Numbered from the stretch's first letter, positions 37,634-50,630 are shown. The stretch is 64,000 nucleotides of DNA from Squalus acanthias (GCA_030390025.1 CM059432.1:143160001-143224000); one strand, 5' to 3'. Program-made: numbers and translations. The notes: generated from the sequence alone by a model not told the origin.

Positions 37634-38504
37634 AAGAGGAGGACACAACCGACCGCCCAGTGCTTTCAATAAATAAAGGTTCACTCACCAAAAAATGTCA
37701 CTTCACACTGCCTGTTCTCTCCCCACACTCTCACAAAGTCCTTCTCCATCAATGACTTCCACCAAGCTCCTTCATAAGATAGCAGACTACATTTCCCCTG
37801 CCATTATCCCAACCTCCAGAAACAGAAAGCACGCCCAGAAATTAACTCAGAGCTCTGTGTGTACAAGCCATGCTTACTTTACAGGACATTCACCAAAAGA
37901 TGCTAAAAATATCAGTCACCCTAGCTGCGTCTACTTCTCAACACCATGAGGCCCAGCGAGTTGTCAGAAAACAAGCCCTTCAATCTCTGGGAGATGCTCC
38001 TCCCCAAATCTATAGCCCCCACCCACTACAAGGAGACACTATAGGGGATTCGTCCATGGAGAATGCATTGATCGAGAGCAGCACTGAGTTGTTGGGTTGT
38101 TAGTGGAGCATCTCATTGGAAGCAGTGTTTGCAATTACCCGGCGATGCACATGCTGGTGAAGGAGCCAAGCAGGACACGGTCTATTTTGGCAGTGCTGCA
38201 GGTTTTAATTAACCCAAGTGCAATATTAACAATGCACCATCTGTTCTCCTCTTTCTGTGGGGAAGGCAGCCAGGGCCTCACAGGCAGAAACAGCAACAAA
38301 CCACTTTGGGCTGGAATCTCCTCCTGGTGGTGGGTTATCGGTGGAGTGATACTGTCATCCACCCACCCACCTAACCTCACCACTAACCCACTCAACACTC
38401 CTCCCCCAACCCTCATTATCAACGCAGGGCAGGTCTGGAACGGTAATACTGCTCCTCATTGCGTTACCACCTCTGGGATAGAGGGTTAAGATAAATCGAT
38501 AAAG

Positions 38505-38968
38505 TAAGAAAGAAAGATTTTGCATTTCTATAGCGCCTTTCACGACCTCAGGATGCCCCAAAACGCTTTACAGCCAATTAAGTACTTTTGAAGTTTAGTT
38601 ATCGTTGTAATGTAGGAAACGCGGCAGCCAATTTGTGCACAGCAAGCTCCCACAAACAGCAATGAGATAATGACCAGATCATCTGGTTTTTTTTAAGTGA
38701 TGTTGGTTGAGGAATAAATATTGTCCAGGACACGGGCGAGAACTCCCCTGCTCTTCTTCAAAATAGCGCCTCAGGATCTTTTATATCCACCTGTGCAGGC
38801 AGACGGTGCCTTGGTTTAATGTCTTATCCAAAAGACAGCACTCCCTCAGTACAGCACTGGGAGAGTCAGCTTGGATCTTGTGCTCAAGTCGCTGAAGTGA
38901 GACTTGAACCCACAAACTTCTGACTGTGAGGTGAGAGTGCCCCCCCCCCACTGAGCCACAGCTGACTG
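38505..38968 (-). mobile_element. DeuSINE
   Basis: Full tail through to head (ctgagccacagctgac). Confidence 0.88.
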
Positions 38969-39074
38969 GTGCATCCTTTGAAAAGGCTACAGCCACTTTA
39001 AGGGAGGCATGAATTTTCAGCAGTAGAGAGTGCAAGATGCCTGAAGGAGCAACAGCATCAGGTGAAGGGTCTAC

Positions 39075-39290
39075 AAGTCTCCCAAATTCTCTGAAGCATC
39101 CATGGAGGTGCTGCTGACTAAAGTCAGGGCAACTATCAACTATTGCCCATGAAAAGCAGGAAGCCCTGTGGCTCAGGCTATCTGGAGAGAGGTTGCTGAA
39201 GCAGTCGTAGCAAATTCCACGATGCCAAGAATTGCCGTGCAGCGCGGGAAGAAGTTCAATGACCTGTCAAGAGTGACCAAGTTATGTCAA
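39075..39290 (+). pseudogene. Harbinger Myb/SANT-like gene remnant
   Basis: PKFSEASMEVLL..V and WREVAEAVVANSTMPRIAVQRGKKFNDLSRV. Confidence 0.65.
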
Positions 39291-39456
39291 GGCACACATT
39301 TTCTACTTTGTATCATGCACTTGCAGATCAGGTACAGCATGGGTTAAATGTGGAGAAAACTTCTTCCATAATGGCCCAACAAAGTGACTCAACCCATACC
39401 TCATAACAGCTCCCTTATTGCACTTGTGTGATATTTCCACCACTATCCTTGCCAGA

Positions 39457-39905
39457 GGCTCAGTGGGTAGCACACTCAGTGCTGACTCAGAAGGTTGTGG
39501 GTTCACAGACCCACTCCAGTGAGACTTGAGCACAAAATCTAGGCTGACACTCCAGTGCAGTACTGAGGGAGTGCTGCACTGTCGGAAGTGCCATCTTTCG
39601 GAAAAGATGTTAAACCGAGGCCCCGTCTGCCCTCTCCGGCGGATGTAAAAAAAATCCCATTGCACTATTTGAAAAAGAGCAGGGGAGTTCTCCTGCTGTC
39701 CTGGCCAATATTCATCCCTCAACCAACATCACTTTCAAAAAAAAAGCAGACTATCTGGTCAGTATCTCATTGCTATCTGTGGCAGCTTGCTGTGCATAAA
39801 TTGGCTGCACTACATTACAACAGTGACTATACATCAAAAGTACTTAATTGGCTGCGATCCTGCAGATGTAAAAGGTAAAAAAAAAGTTTGCATAAATAGA
39901 AGTTC
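39457..39905 (+). mobile_element. DeuSINE
   Basis: Head, Deu domain and tail. Confidence 0.88.
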
Positions 39906-39958
39906 TTTCTCTCCAAAGGTTTCCACTACATATGCCATTAAAGTCTGGTTCCCTGTAG

Positions 39959-40056
39959 GCTTCACCTGACCAAGGGGCAGCAGCTCCGAAAGCTTGTGAT
40001 TTCAAATAAAACTGTTGGACTATAACCTGGTGTTGTGCGACTTCTCACTTTTGTCC
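39959..40056 (+). mobile_element. Penelope P1 monomer with a mutated hammerhead core
   Basis: TCAC-CTGACCA-A-GGGGC-AGCA-GCTCC-GAAA-GCTT-GTGA. Direct repeat tccctgtag at 39950-39958 and 40054-40062. Confidence 0.85.
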
Positions 40057-41049
40057 CTGTAGATAGGTTGCAAGTTACTGGTCCCGGATCGGGTAATGAG
40101 TTATTTGCAGCTCAATATTTAAAAGCCCGTTTACTACAGCATTCGATACATGGTCTCATCAGACAAACACAGTATCATTTTTTCCCCTCCTGATTGATTA
40201 AAAACCATCCCATTTATACTGGGATATGTTATGCCCGCGAGCAGGTTTAGAAGACAACTAGACGCGCGAGTGTTTCACCTCCCACACAACTCGTTTCCTT
40301 CAGCCTGGCTCAGCTGTTCTGTGGAGTCTGGCTGAAGAATTGATGCCTGAAAAAATAAGTTTTAAATAAATCACCGCACATGTGCACACGTGAAATGTGC
40401 TGGAGCATAGAGCATAGATTATAGAGACACCTCGCGGGATGTGAGATGGAAGCCCTTCTTGTTTGTAGTTTAAACGGGGTTACCGCTCCACTCATCGGAG
40501 CAGGATCAGCACTGAGGAAATTCCTGGCCAGTTATTATTAATCTTGACGAAGATTCTCCCTGTGCAGTTTTTACTTTCCTTTCGAACACTAGAGATAGCA
40601 TGGGAAATCTTCCCAAGCCCATTGAAGATGCGGCTACACACACACAGTGTTCAAAGGAATCCTCAGCTCGTCGAATATTTTTAGAAGTGTTATTGTTTGC
40701 TTTCTTAAAGCTATTTTTGCTGAAGTAATTTTCTAATTTCTTTGGATTGTGATTGGTGTGTTTCTCAAGAGTGGCCGCCCCACACAATCAGGAAACAGAC
40801 TGACTCTCAGTCGGGGGGGGGGGGGGGGGAGGTCTCTGGCGTCATTTCTGCTAACACATCAAACATGAACACACTGGAGAATAACACCTTCAGATCCAAA
40901 CCTCAAAGGATGTTTGTGAATGATGCACATACACTGCTGCAGTAAAGGCAATTCTGCGATTTTTTTTCTCCACATGACCAAATACCTCAAATCCGATTCA
41001 CATATGCAACAGAAAAAAAAACAGAACTCAGTTTTTCCATAAACAGTAC

Positions 41050-41515
41050 AGCTCAGTGTCTCAGTGGGTGTCACTCTTGCCTCTGAGTCAGAAGGTTGTA
41101 AGGTTCAAGTCCCCACTCCAGAGACTTGAGTACAAAAATCTAGGCTGACGCTCCCAGTGCAGTGCCGAGGGAGCGCTGCACTGTCAGAGGTGCCGTCTTT
41201 CGGATGAGACATTAAATCGAGGCCCCGTCTGCTCCCTCAGGTGGACGTAGAAGATCCCAAGGCCACTATTCGAAGAAGAGCAGGGGAGTTCTCCCCGGTG
41301 TCCTGGGGCCAATATTTATCCCTCAATCAATATCACTAAAACAGATTATCTGGTCATTATCACATTGTGGGAGCTTGCGGTGTGCAAATCGGCTGCCGCG
41401 TTTCCTACATTACAACAATGACAACGCTTCAAAAGTACTTAATTGGCTGTAAAGCGCTTTGGGATGTCCTGAGGTCATGAAAGGCGCGAGAGAAATGCAA
41501 GTCTTTCTTTTTCTT
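41050..41515 (+). mobile_element. Full-length DeuSINE
   Basis: Consensus-like Deu domain gtgccgtctttcggatgagac.ttaaa.cgaggccccgtctgc. Confidence 0.9.
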
Positions 41516-42384
41516 TCAAACCCTCACCATCCGGCAAACCCACGATTCGATTCAAACTACAGCTGGCAGGAAGCCAACACCCATAGGTGCCTGACACAGA
41601 TGCTTCCAAACAGCATCGAAACATTTCCAGGGAGCAGCGCAATGACCAGGGACTTGGAACTGCTTTTTACAGGGGCGTTGCTAAAACCAGACAGAATGAT
41701 ATAAAAATTACAACATGGAAACAACCCAGTCAGTCCATGCTGGTGTTTACCCTCCACTCGAGCACCAGTCCCAATCCGATGTGCCTGCTCTATTCCCATA
41801 TCCCTTCATTCCCCTTTCTTTCAAACCATCTATCCCTGTTCTTAAATGTTGATAGAATTACAGTGAAATTACAACACGAAAACAGGACCAGTTTGTGACA
41901 CAGAGTAAAACAGAAACTTGGTGGAACTAAATCCTGAGCGATATCTTTCTTTTTATGTAAGGTATTTATATCTTCATATAATTATTTCTCATTTTCAAAA
42001 TTCCTGGCCTGGGCATCTCAATTGTTCCCAGATCATTATTCATTTGTCCCGACCACCTCTGTCACCATGACTTGAAGACACAGTCCAGGCTGATGCTCCA
42101 GTGCAGTACTGAGGGAGTGCTGCACTGTCGGAGGTGCCGGCTTTGCAATGAGATGTTAAATGGAGGTCACGGATGCCTGGTGAGCTGGATGTTAAAGATC
42201 CCACGGCACTATTCAAGGAAGCCGAAGGACATCCTCTGGCCAGCATTTCTCCCTCAACCAGAAACAGATGAAATGGCCACTGGTCTCGTTGCTGTTTGTG
42301 AGATGTTGCTGCATGCAAAACAGCGGCTGTTCTTCAAAGTAACACATTGCAGACAAAGCCCTGTGAGATGGCTTTATAAATAGA

Positions 42385-42590
42385 GAGAAGTCTCACAACA
42401 CCAGGTTATAGTCCAACAGTTTTATTTGAAATCACAAGCTTTCGGAGCGCTGCTCCTTCGTCAGGTGACGAAGGAGCAGCAGCTCCGAAAGCTTGTGATT
42501 TCAAATAAAACTGTTGGACTATAACCTGGTGTTGTGCGACTTCTCACTTTTGTCCACCCCAGTCCAACACCGGCATCTCCGCATCATGGC
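42385..42590. mobile_element. Penelope P1 fold-back element
   Basis: Arms at about 42385-42463 and 42466-42545 (1 mismatch, 1 indel). Complete hammerhead on the minus strand at 42432-42468. ctttataaatagag is repeated at 42372-42385 and 42591-42604. Confidence 0.85.
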
Positions 42591-43012
42591 CTTTATAAAT
42601 AGAGGCATAGCATACAAAAGTAAAACCTTTATAAATCACGGGTTAGGCCTCAGCTGGAGTGTTGTGTCTAATTCTGGGCACCACACTTTAGGAAGGATGT
42701 CAAGGCCTTGGAGAGGGTGCAGAGGAGACTTACTAGAATGGTTCCAGGGATCAGGGACTTCAGTTATTTGGAGAAACTAGTAAAGTTGGGATTGTTCTCC
42801 TTCGAGCAGGGAAGGTTAAGGGGAGATTTAATAAAGGCTTTCAAAATCATGAGGGGTTTTGATAGAGTAAACAAGGAGAAACTGTTTCCAGTGGCAGGAG
42901 GGTCGGTAACCAGAGGACACAGATTTAAAGTCATTGGCAAAAGACCCAGAGGTGAGATGAGGAGAATTTTGTTTTTATGCGGCGAGTTATTATGATCTGG
43001 AATGCACTGCCT
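42591..43012 (+). mobile_element. CR1 3' fragment
   Basis: ERVQRRLTRMVPG..RLRGDLI. Confidence 0.88.
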
Positions 43013-43894
43013 GTACTGTTCAAGTGTCTCTCTTTGTGTGGACCAACCATCAGCTTCATCAATAGCTATGGAAAAGTGCAGAGAGTGAATCGCACCCCCA
43101 TCCTGACTCAAAGAAGCTGACACATTGAGTTATGGATGTTGGATGAAGGGGGCAATAGGAGGAAAATGTCACATCAGAAACCGCAAGCCAAGTATCTGCT
43201 TTAGCTGTTTTGCAGGTACAGGTAATTTTTATTGTACCAGTATTAAGAGGACAACAAAGAAAGACTTGCATTTATGTAGCATCTTATCTCTTCTTTCAGA
43301 AAGCATTTCAGAGTGTAACTCGTGCACATCACTGTGAGGTGTGTTGGCCATGGTTAGGAAGGAATACTGGCCCAGATCCCTGAACATGCTGCTCTTCAAA
43401 GCCAGCCTTCCACCTCATACAGTAACTGAACGGACTGAACAGTGAACATTCACCACAAGGTGTCAGGAAATCCACACTCTGCTAAATCGCATTTTGCTTT
43501 TTTTTTCCTTGCCGACAATTGTTGGCATTTTCGGAGGGAATAAATATTGACCAATCAGCTGTGAAATATCCCCCCTCGTACAATAATTTCAGGGACGTGC
43601 AGGTACATTTTAAGTTGCTTTTTTTGAAATATGAGCAGTGAAATGCCACGTGATATTAAAGGAGATAAATTGGCCATCAGAAGCATTTTGCTATTGTTGT
43701 GAGGTGTTTACAGTGGGAGGGGGAGCGGTGGGGAGCGGTGGGGAGTGTGGGGGTGGGGGGGGTGGGGGGAGGGGGGAGAGCAGGTGTGGGGAGCAATTGG
43801 TGATGGTGAATAGGTTGGAAGAGTAAGGGGCTGGCAGAGTTAGGGCTGGTTGACACCTTCCCCCACCACATTATGGACAACACTAAACTGCATT

Positions 43895-44100
43895 CGCACA
43901 AACCGTGACAGATATTGATGCATAAATTAAAAACTCTCCCGGTGTGCGACTGCGGTCACCCAGAACAGACCATGGAACATATACCGACTCGCTGCCCGAT
44001 TCACAAATACGAAGGAGGCATCACAGCGGTACACTCCGCTACTCCTGACGCAATTATCTGGCTTAACCACCTAAATGTAACATTATAGTTGTTGCTCTGC
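43895..44100 (+). mobile_element. 3' end of an Ingi/Vingi-like LINE
   Basis: CDCGHPEQTMEHIPTRCPIHKYEGGITAVHSATPDAIIWLNHLNVTL* (zinc knuckle, stop at 44086-44088). Confidence 0.6.
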
Positions 44101-44104
44101 AGCT

Positions 44105-44655
44105 ACATAGAAAACATAGAAAAATAGGAGTAGGAGTAGGCCATTCGGCCCTTCGAGCCTGCTCCGCCATTCAATATGATCATAGCTGATTCTCTATCTC
44201 TATACCATATTCCCGCTCTCTCCCCATACCCCTTGACGCCTTTTGTGTCTAGAAATCTATCTATCTCCTTCTTAAATATATTCAGTGACTTGGCCTCCAC
44301 AGCTTTCTGTGGTAGAGAATTCCACAGGTTCACCACCCTCTGAGTGAAGAAATTTCTCCTCATCTCAGTCCTAAATGTCCTACCCCGTGTCCTGAGACTG
44401 TGACCCCTCGTTCTAGACCCCTCCAGCCAGGGGAAACATCCTCCCTGCATCCAGTCTGTCTAGCCCTGTCAGAATTTTATACGTTTCAATGAGATCCCCT
44501 CTCATTCTTCTAAACTCTAGTGAATACAGGCCTAGTCGACCCAATCTCTCCTCATACGACAGTCCTGCCATCCCAGGAATCAGTCTGGTGAACCTTCGCT
44601 GCACTCCCTCTATGGCAAGTATATCCTTTCTTAGGTAAGGAGAGCAAAACTGCAC
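44105..44655 (-). mobile_element. Young-looking CR1 3' end
   Basis: SPYLRKDILAIEGVQRRFTRLIPGM..; (acatagaa)2 tail. Confidence 0.92.
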
Positions 44656-45334
44656 TTTGATCAACCATACCAAGTAGTAGTACCACATTATGATGCTGTG
44701 ACTCATTAGCATTTTGTTCAGGGCTTTTAATGAGCTTAGCATGCGACAGATGTGAAGCTACCAGTGACAAAATAGCTGCCTCAGCGATGCATTACAAAGG
44801 GTCATTGACAGTGAGTGCTGAACAGGTCTCGGTATCTGATATTAAGAGTGGCAGAGCCACATGCGATGGACGTCAAACATCAAATTATAAATTGGAGAGG
44901 AGATTAGAAAAAAAAGTATTAAATGAAAATGCCACAGATATTGTAGATCTCAGTTCATTCTTCCTTGAAATTGTACAACAGAAGCCTTGCTCTGCATAGT
45001 GGAAAATTTATTTAACATGAACATTTGCTTTGGCACTAATTAATTCCCCATAGAATATACGTTATTTGCTTAATAGGAATGGCTGTCAAAACGGAATACT
45101 CTGCTTGTCACAGCGGTCTTTGTAATAAGTGGTTTCCATGCCGTTTGTTAACATTAAGTAACCTGAGCTCAATGGCTTTGGAAAGGATACTTTATACATG
45201 TTTGAGTGTGAACTACAATCTCTGCTAGGTCACAAAATCAGTTTGATGTCTTTCAGATTTTAGGTATGGTAATGCAGGATAAGCTGGGTAGAAATGCAAT
45301 GGTGAAGTCAAGAATTGGAAGATGCAGTAAGTGA

Positions 45335-46250
45335 TACTGGGGCTACATGGGGTTAAATTATGAGGACAGGTTGCATAGACTAGGCTTGTATGCCCTTGAG
45401 TAGAGAAGATTAAGGGGTGATCAGATTGAGGTGTTTAAGATGATCAAAGGAGTCGATAGGGTAGATAGAGAGAAACTATTTCCTCTGGTGGGGGAGTCCA
45501 GAACAAGGGGGCAAAAACTTAAAATTAGAGCCAGGCCGTTCAGGGGTGATGTCAGGAAGCACTTCTTCACACAAAGGGTAGAGGAAATCTGGAACTCTCT
45601 CCCCCCAAAAAGCTGTGGATGCTGGGGGTCAATTGAAAATTTCAAAACTGAGACTGATAGATTTTTGTTAGGCAAGGGCTTTAAGGGTTACAGAACCAAG
45701 GCGGGTAAATGGAGTTGAGGTACAGATCAACCATGATCCAATTGAATGGCGGAACATGCTTGAGGGGCTGAGTGGCCTCCTCCTGGGGGATCTTAGCTAC
45801 AATGACCGGTTTGAGAAGCTGGATTTGTTTTCATTAGAGCAAAGGAGGTTGAGGGGTGATTTGATAGAGGTGTACAAGATTATGACGGGTTTGGATAGGT
45901 TAGATAGGGAAAGGCTGTTCCCACTAGTTGATGGTACAAGGACTAGGGGACACAGATTTAAGGTTTTGGGCAAGAGATACAGGGGGACGTGAGGAAAAAC
46001 TTTTTTACGCAGCGAGTGGTGATGACCTGGAACTCGCTGCTGACGGGAGTGGTGGAAGTGGAGACACGCAATGTTTTCAAGGGGAGACTGGATAGGCACT
46101 TGAGGGAAATAAACTTGCAGGGCTACGGGGATAGAGCGGGGGAATGGGACTGACTGGATTGCTCTACAGAGAGCCGGCACAGACTCGATGGGCCGAATGC
46201 CCTCCTTCTGTGCCATTATGACTCTATGACTCCTGTTCCTATGTTCCTAA
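45335..46250 (+). mobile_element. CR1 3' end with a second CR1 3' end (45785-46229) nested in its tail
   Basis: Host tail ggcctcctcct|insert|ctcctgttcctatgttcc, with ctcct duplicated. Confidence 0.85.
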
Positions 46251-46929
46251 GGAAAACTAACACCTGATCCAAGCGAACTTAACCCGAGCATCTAGAAGAT
46301 AGACTGAGGTCAGAAAATCATGGTCTCAAAATTCTGAAACCAGGTGGAACTCCTGGATGGGGCCAGGAACCCAGTAGCATCAGGATTCCGCCCCATGTTT
46401 TAGAGTGAGCCATTTTTCAGTGGGTGGGGGGCTCTGGGCACATTCTCCACCCGCACATCCCACATCAAGGGCAGGTGAACTGCTGGAGTAACCCAAGAAT
46501 TTTGCGCAGAACAGCCTTACAAGGCTTCAGGGGAACTCAGGTCAGCTGAGAGCTGGTTTGATTGCCAGTGAGCCCCAAGACACCAAATCACCAGCAGCCG
46601 AAGGAGGGGACCGATCACTTTAACCAAAAGCCCTGGCAGCTCTCGAGGAAAAAGAAACATACGTGGATCGGGCCCGTCATAGAATTTTACAGCACAGAAG
46701 GAGGCCATTCGACCCATCCTGCTAGTGCCGGCTCTTTGAAAGAGCGATCCAATTAGGTGACTGGTGGGAATTGATGAGCAGGATTTTGGTGGCCAATGTT
46801 TGAGGCAGCATTGTGCCAGTAAGCCAGGCTTCCTCATTTCACTCTTTCTATCACCTCAGTACTGCCTGAAAACGGATTGTTTTATAAAGAAAAATCCAGT
46901 GGCAAGTTTCTCCGTTTCTCTGACACTCA

Positions 46930-47581
46930 GGGCTGGATTTTCATTGACCCGTGGAGGCGGGTTTGGAGGCGTGTGGGGGGTTAAAGTTGCAAAAACTGGC
47001 GGGCGGGCACAAGCCCGCCTCCATCCCCCCTCCACGCAATTTTCATTAAATCGTGTCTACTGGTCCCGACTCCGTCCCGCCTTTAAGAGGCGGGATAGGC
47101 TGTTAAGGCCCTTAACAAGCACTAAATTGGCTCTATAATGCCATTTTGAAAGGCCTTTGTGATTTTAACCCTTGTTCTATGTGAAGCACGCCTGTTGTGA
47201 ACCACAATTGTGAAACCTGGCGGGAGCACATTTCGAAAGCTGACTATCAGCTGCAGGTCCACTATTACAACGGAGTAGTAGTAGTAAGAAAAATATCTGG
47301 GAGCAGACTTAGGACTGCTGCTGCTCATTTTGCATCCAGGTCCTCTCACAGCAAAGGCCAGGCAGTCTCTGAAGACCTTCAATGCAGCAGTAATGATGAC
47401 ATCATCAGAGGCGACTTTCAGACTGAAAGCACTAATTGGGTCATGGGTTCCCACATGCTGGAACTCAATTGCCCAATTAGGTGAAAATCGCATCAATCTC
47501 CCACATCCAATTGCAGGCGGGTGGATAACATGAAAAGTGGATGACACGACCCCAACCCGCCCCAGTATCAAAATCCAGCCC
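46930..47581. mobile_element. Harbinger-type MITE with perfect 12-bp TIRs
   Basis: GGGCTGGATTTT at 46930-46941 and AAAATCCAGCCC at 47570-47581. Confidence 0.8.
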
Positions 47582-47897
47582 ATAGGATCAGCCTCGCGAC
47601 TCTTCTCTGCTCTGCCTCCAAGGCTTGAATATTTTCCTTCCGACCAAAACTGGCAGAGTGCTCAAAGTAGACCAGATACAATGGAACATAGAACCCACAA
47701 AAAATAAATGCTGCAGTGAACGGCAGTCTTGCTAATAGTTTCAAGAGGCCTATAAATACAGAGACAGCCACTGAGCAAAGCACGGTAGCCAATGCAATCC
47801 CAATATATTTTTAAATGGCATGCAAATCAAGGAATTATAGAAAAATTAGTCTAACACTGATAGTGGGAGACATCCTGGTCAGCATTTCGTAATAGGC

Positions 47898-48335
47898 GTC
47901 AGCTGTGGCTCAGTGGGTAGCACTCTCGACTCTGAGTCAGAAGTTTCAAGCCCCACTCCAGGCCCATAATCTAATCAGTGTTGAGGGAGTGCTGCACTGT
48001 CGGAGGTGCCGTCTTTTGGATGAGAGGTTAAACCGAAGTCCCATCTGCCCTCTCAGGTGGATGTAAAAGATCCAATGGCACTATTACGAAGAAGAGCAGG
48101 GGAGGTCACCCCGGTGTCCTGGCCAATATTTATTCCTCAACCAGCATCACTAAAACAGATGATCCGGTCATTCATCACATTGCTGTTTGTGGGAGCTTGC
48201 TGTGCGCAAATTGGCTGCTGTGTTTCCTACACCACAACCGTGACTACACGTGAAAAGTGCTTCATTGGCAGTAAAGTGCTTTGGGACATCCTGAGGTTGT
48301 GAAAGGCACTGAATACATCCAAGTACTTTCTTTCT
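47898..48335 (+). mobile_element. DeuSINE
   Basis: Head, Deu domain and tail. Confidence 0.88.
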
Positions 48336-48997
48336 TTTCTAATGTAGGAGCGTGTTCATCTAAGGAACATGGGGACCATCAGCAGCAATCAGCAGGGGTT
48401 TAGAAGAAATAGCTCACGCCTCAACTATTAGTGGATTCTTTGGAGGCGGTAGCTAAATTTGCTGATAAAATTTTATTCAGTGCAAATAATTTATTTCAAT
48501 TCTCAGAAGGCATTTGATAAAGTTCTGCATGTGAAGCTTTTATACAAATTAAAACTGACAGAACCACTGGCAAGTTAACAATAGTTAACAAAAGGTGATT
48601 GATAAACGGGGAAGGAAGCCCTTGTCTGGGAGGTAGTGGAACAGAACAGTGACTGGTGCAGCTCCATCTGATCTCTGTTGTACTTGTGGGCAGAAACAAA
48701 ATAATTAAAAGCTTTAACTGGTAGAATACTTACGTTAAAGAAAAGAAAAATAGCATCTCATTATATTTCAAAACGCTTGACACAGGGCCCTGGGAGAACG
48801 TCCTGCTTCTATTTCAAATGGTGACCTGGGACTTTTAACATCCACTTAAACAGGTAGATTAATGCCTCGATCAAAGGGTTGGACCTCTAGCTATACAGTA
48901 CTCTCTCAGTACTGCACTGGAGTATTGGCACAAGCCCTGACATGGGCCTTGACCCACAACTTGGGGCATCAACTTAGCCAAACTGATAGAACTCCCA

Positions 48998-49410
48998 CAA
49001 CAACAACTTGCATTTAAATAGCGCCTTTAAAAGGTAGTAAAAGGTCCCAAGGCACTTCACAGGAGCGTTATCAGACAAAATTTGACACCGAGCCACATAG
49101 GGAGATATTAGGCAGATGACCAAAAGGTTGGTCAGAGAGGTAAGTTTTAAGGTATGTCTTAAAGGAGGAGAAAGAGTTAAAGAGGCAGAGAGGTTTAGGG
49201 AAGGAATTCCCGAGCTTAGAGTTGGAGGAGATTACAGAGATAAGGAGGGGCGAGGCCATGCAGGGATTGGGAAAACAAGGATGAGAATTTTAAAATCGCG
49301 GCGTTGCCGGACCGGGAGTCAATGTAGGTCGGCAGCGAGCACAGGGGGGGTGAGCGGGGATTGGTGCGAGTTAGGATACGGGCAGCAGAGATTTGGATGA
49401 GCGCAAGTTT
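48998..49410 (-). mobile_element. L2 LINE 3' part
   Basis: (caa)n tail and gagaattttaaaatcg..gcgttgccgg (HWLPV.QR..FKIL region). Confidence 0.85.
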
Positions 49411-50082
49411 GAGTTAGTAGACTGTGGGTTCAAGGCTCACTGTAGAATGAGCGCACATAATCTAGGCTGGCACTTCAGTTCAGTACTGAGAGGGCACTTT
49501 ATTTCAAATTGAGATGTTGAAATGAGGCTCTGTCTGTTCGAGAGGGTGTAAAAGATGAAATCGAGCGGAGGAGTTGTCCTGGCCAATATTTATCCCTTAA
49601 TCAACACCACCAAAAACAGATTAACTGCTCATTTCTGTTAGTGGCAGTTTGTTGTGAGCTAATTGGCTGCTGTGTTTTCCTACATTTCAACACTTCAGGA
49701 AAGTTCTTCATCGTCTGTGAGGCGCCTCGGATGTCCCAAAGACATGTAAAGGTGCTTTATAAACGCAGGTTCATTCCTTATTAGAGCTACAGTCAGTGGT
49801 AAATGACAAACTAATTACTCCTAATTTAATCTACTATTTCAAAAATGATTAAAACAATAACATGACAAGAATTTCAAAGAGGTCAAATGATTTCAAATAA
49901 TTCATTATCACGAAATAGCGTTATGCAAATCCACCAAGATATTAATAGGTGCCATTAGGCATTATGGGCTCCGTTACCTTGGAAACAGTCATCTGTCGAG
50001 AATACTGTGCGTGTCTTTAAGCAGTTAGCCTTCACATTAATGAATAGTTTTGGATAGCTGTTGGAATTTCTGAAAAGACTAC

Positions 50083-50630
50083 AGCAACAACGACTTGCAT
50101 TTATACAGCGCCTTTAACGTAGTAAAACGTCCCAAGGTGCTTCACAGGAGCGATTATCAGACAAAATTTGACACCGCGCCACATAAGGAGACATTAGTCC
50201 AGGTGGACAAAAGCTTGGTCAAAGAGGTAGGCTTTAAGGTGCGTCTTAAAGGAGGAGAGAGAGGCAGAGAGCTTTAGGGAGGGAATTCCGGAGCTTAGAG
50301 CCTCGACAGCTGAAGGCACGGCCGCCAATGGTGGGGCGAAGGAAATCGGGGGATGCGCAAGAGGCCACAATTGGAGGAGTGCAGAGATCTCAGAGGATTG
50401 TGGGGCTGGAGGAGGTTACAGATAGAGGGAGGGGCGAGGGCCATGGAGGGATTTGAACACAAGGATGAGAATTTTAAATTTGAGGCGTTGCCGGACGAGG
50501 AGCCAGTGTAGATGACCGAGCACAGAGGTGATGGGTGAACGGGACTTGATGATGGAGAGGATATGGGGTGGGAAGCTCAGCTCAGGGACAAATAGGACGG
50601 CGAGGCTGTGAACACTCTGGTTCAGCCCCA
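50083..50630 (-). mobile_element. L2 LINE 3' part
   Basis: SRSPITSVLGHLHWLLVRQRLKFKILILVFKSLHG. Confidence 0.9.

Noticed and set aside
40200..40900. CpG-containing unique block as a promoter or exon
   Set aside because: Plausible, but nothing specific in the sequence supports a call.
41055..41120. tRNA genes at A/B-box sequences (many copies)
   Set aside because: They are SINE heads continuing into the Deu domain; I see no cloverleaf or terminator.
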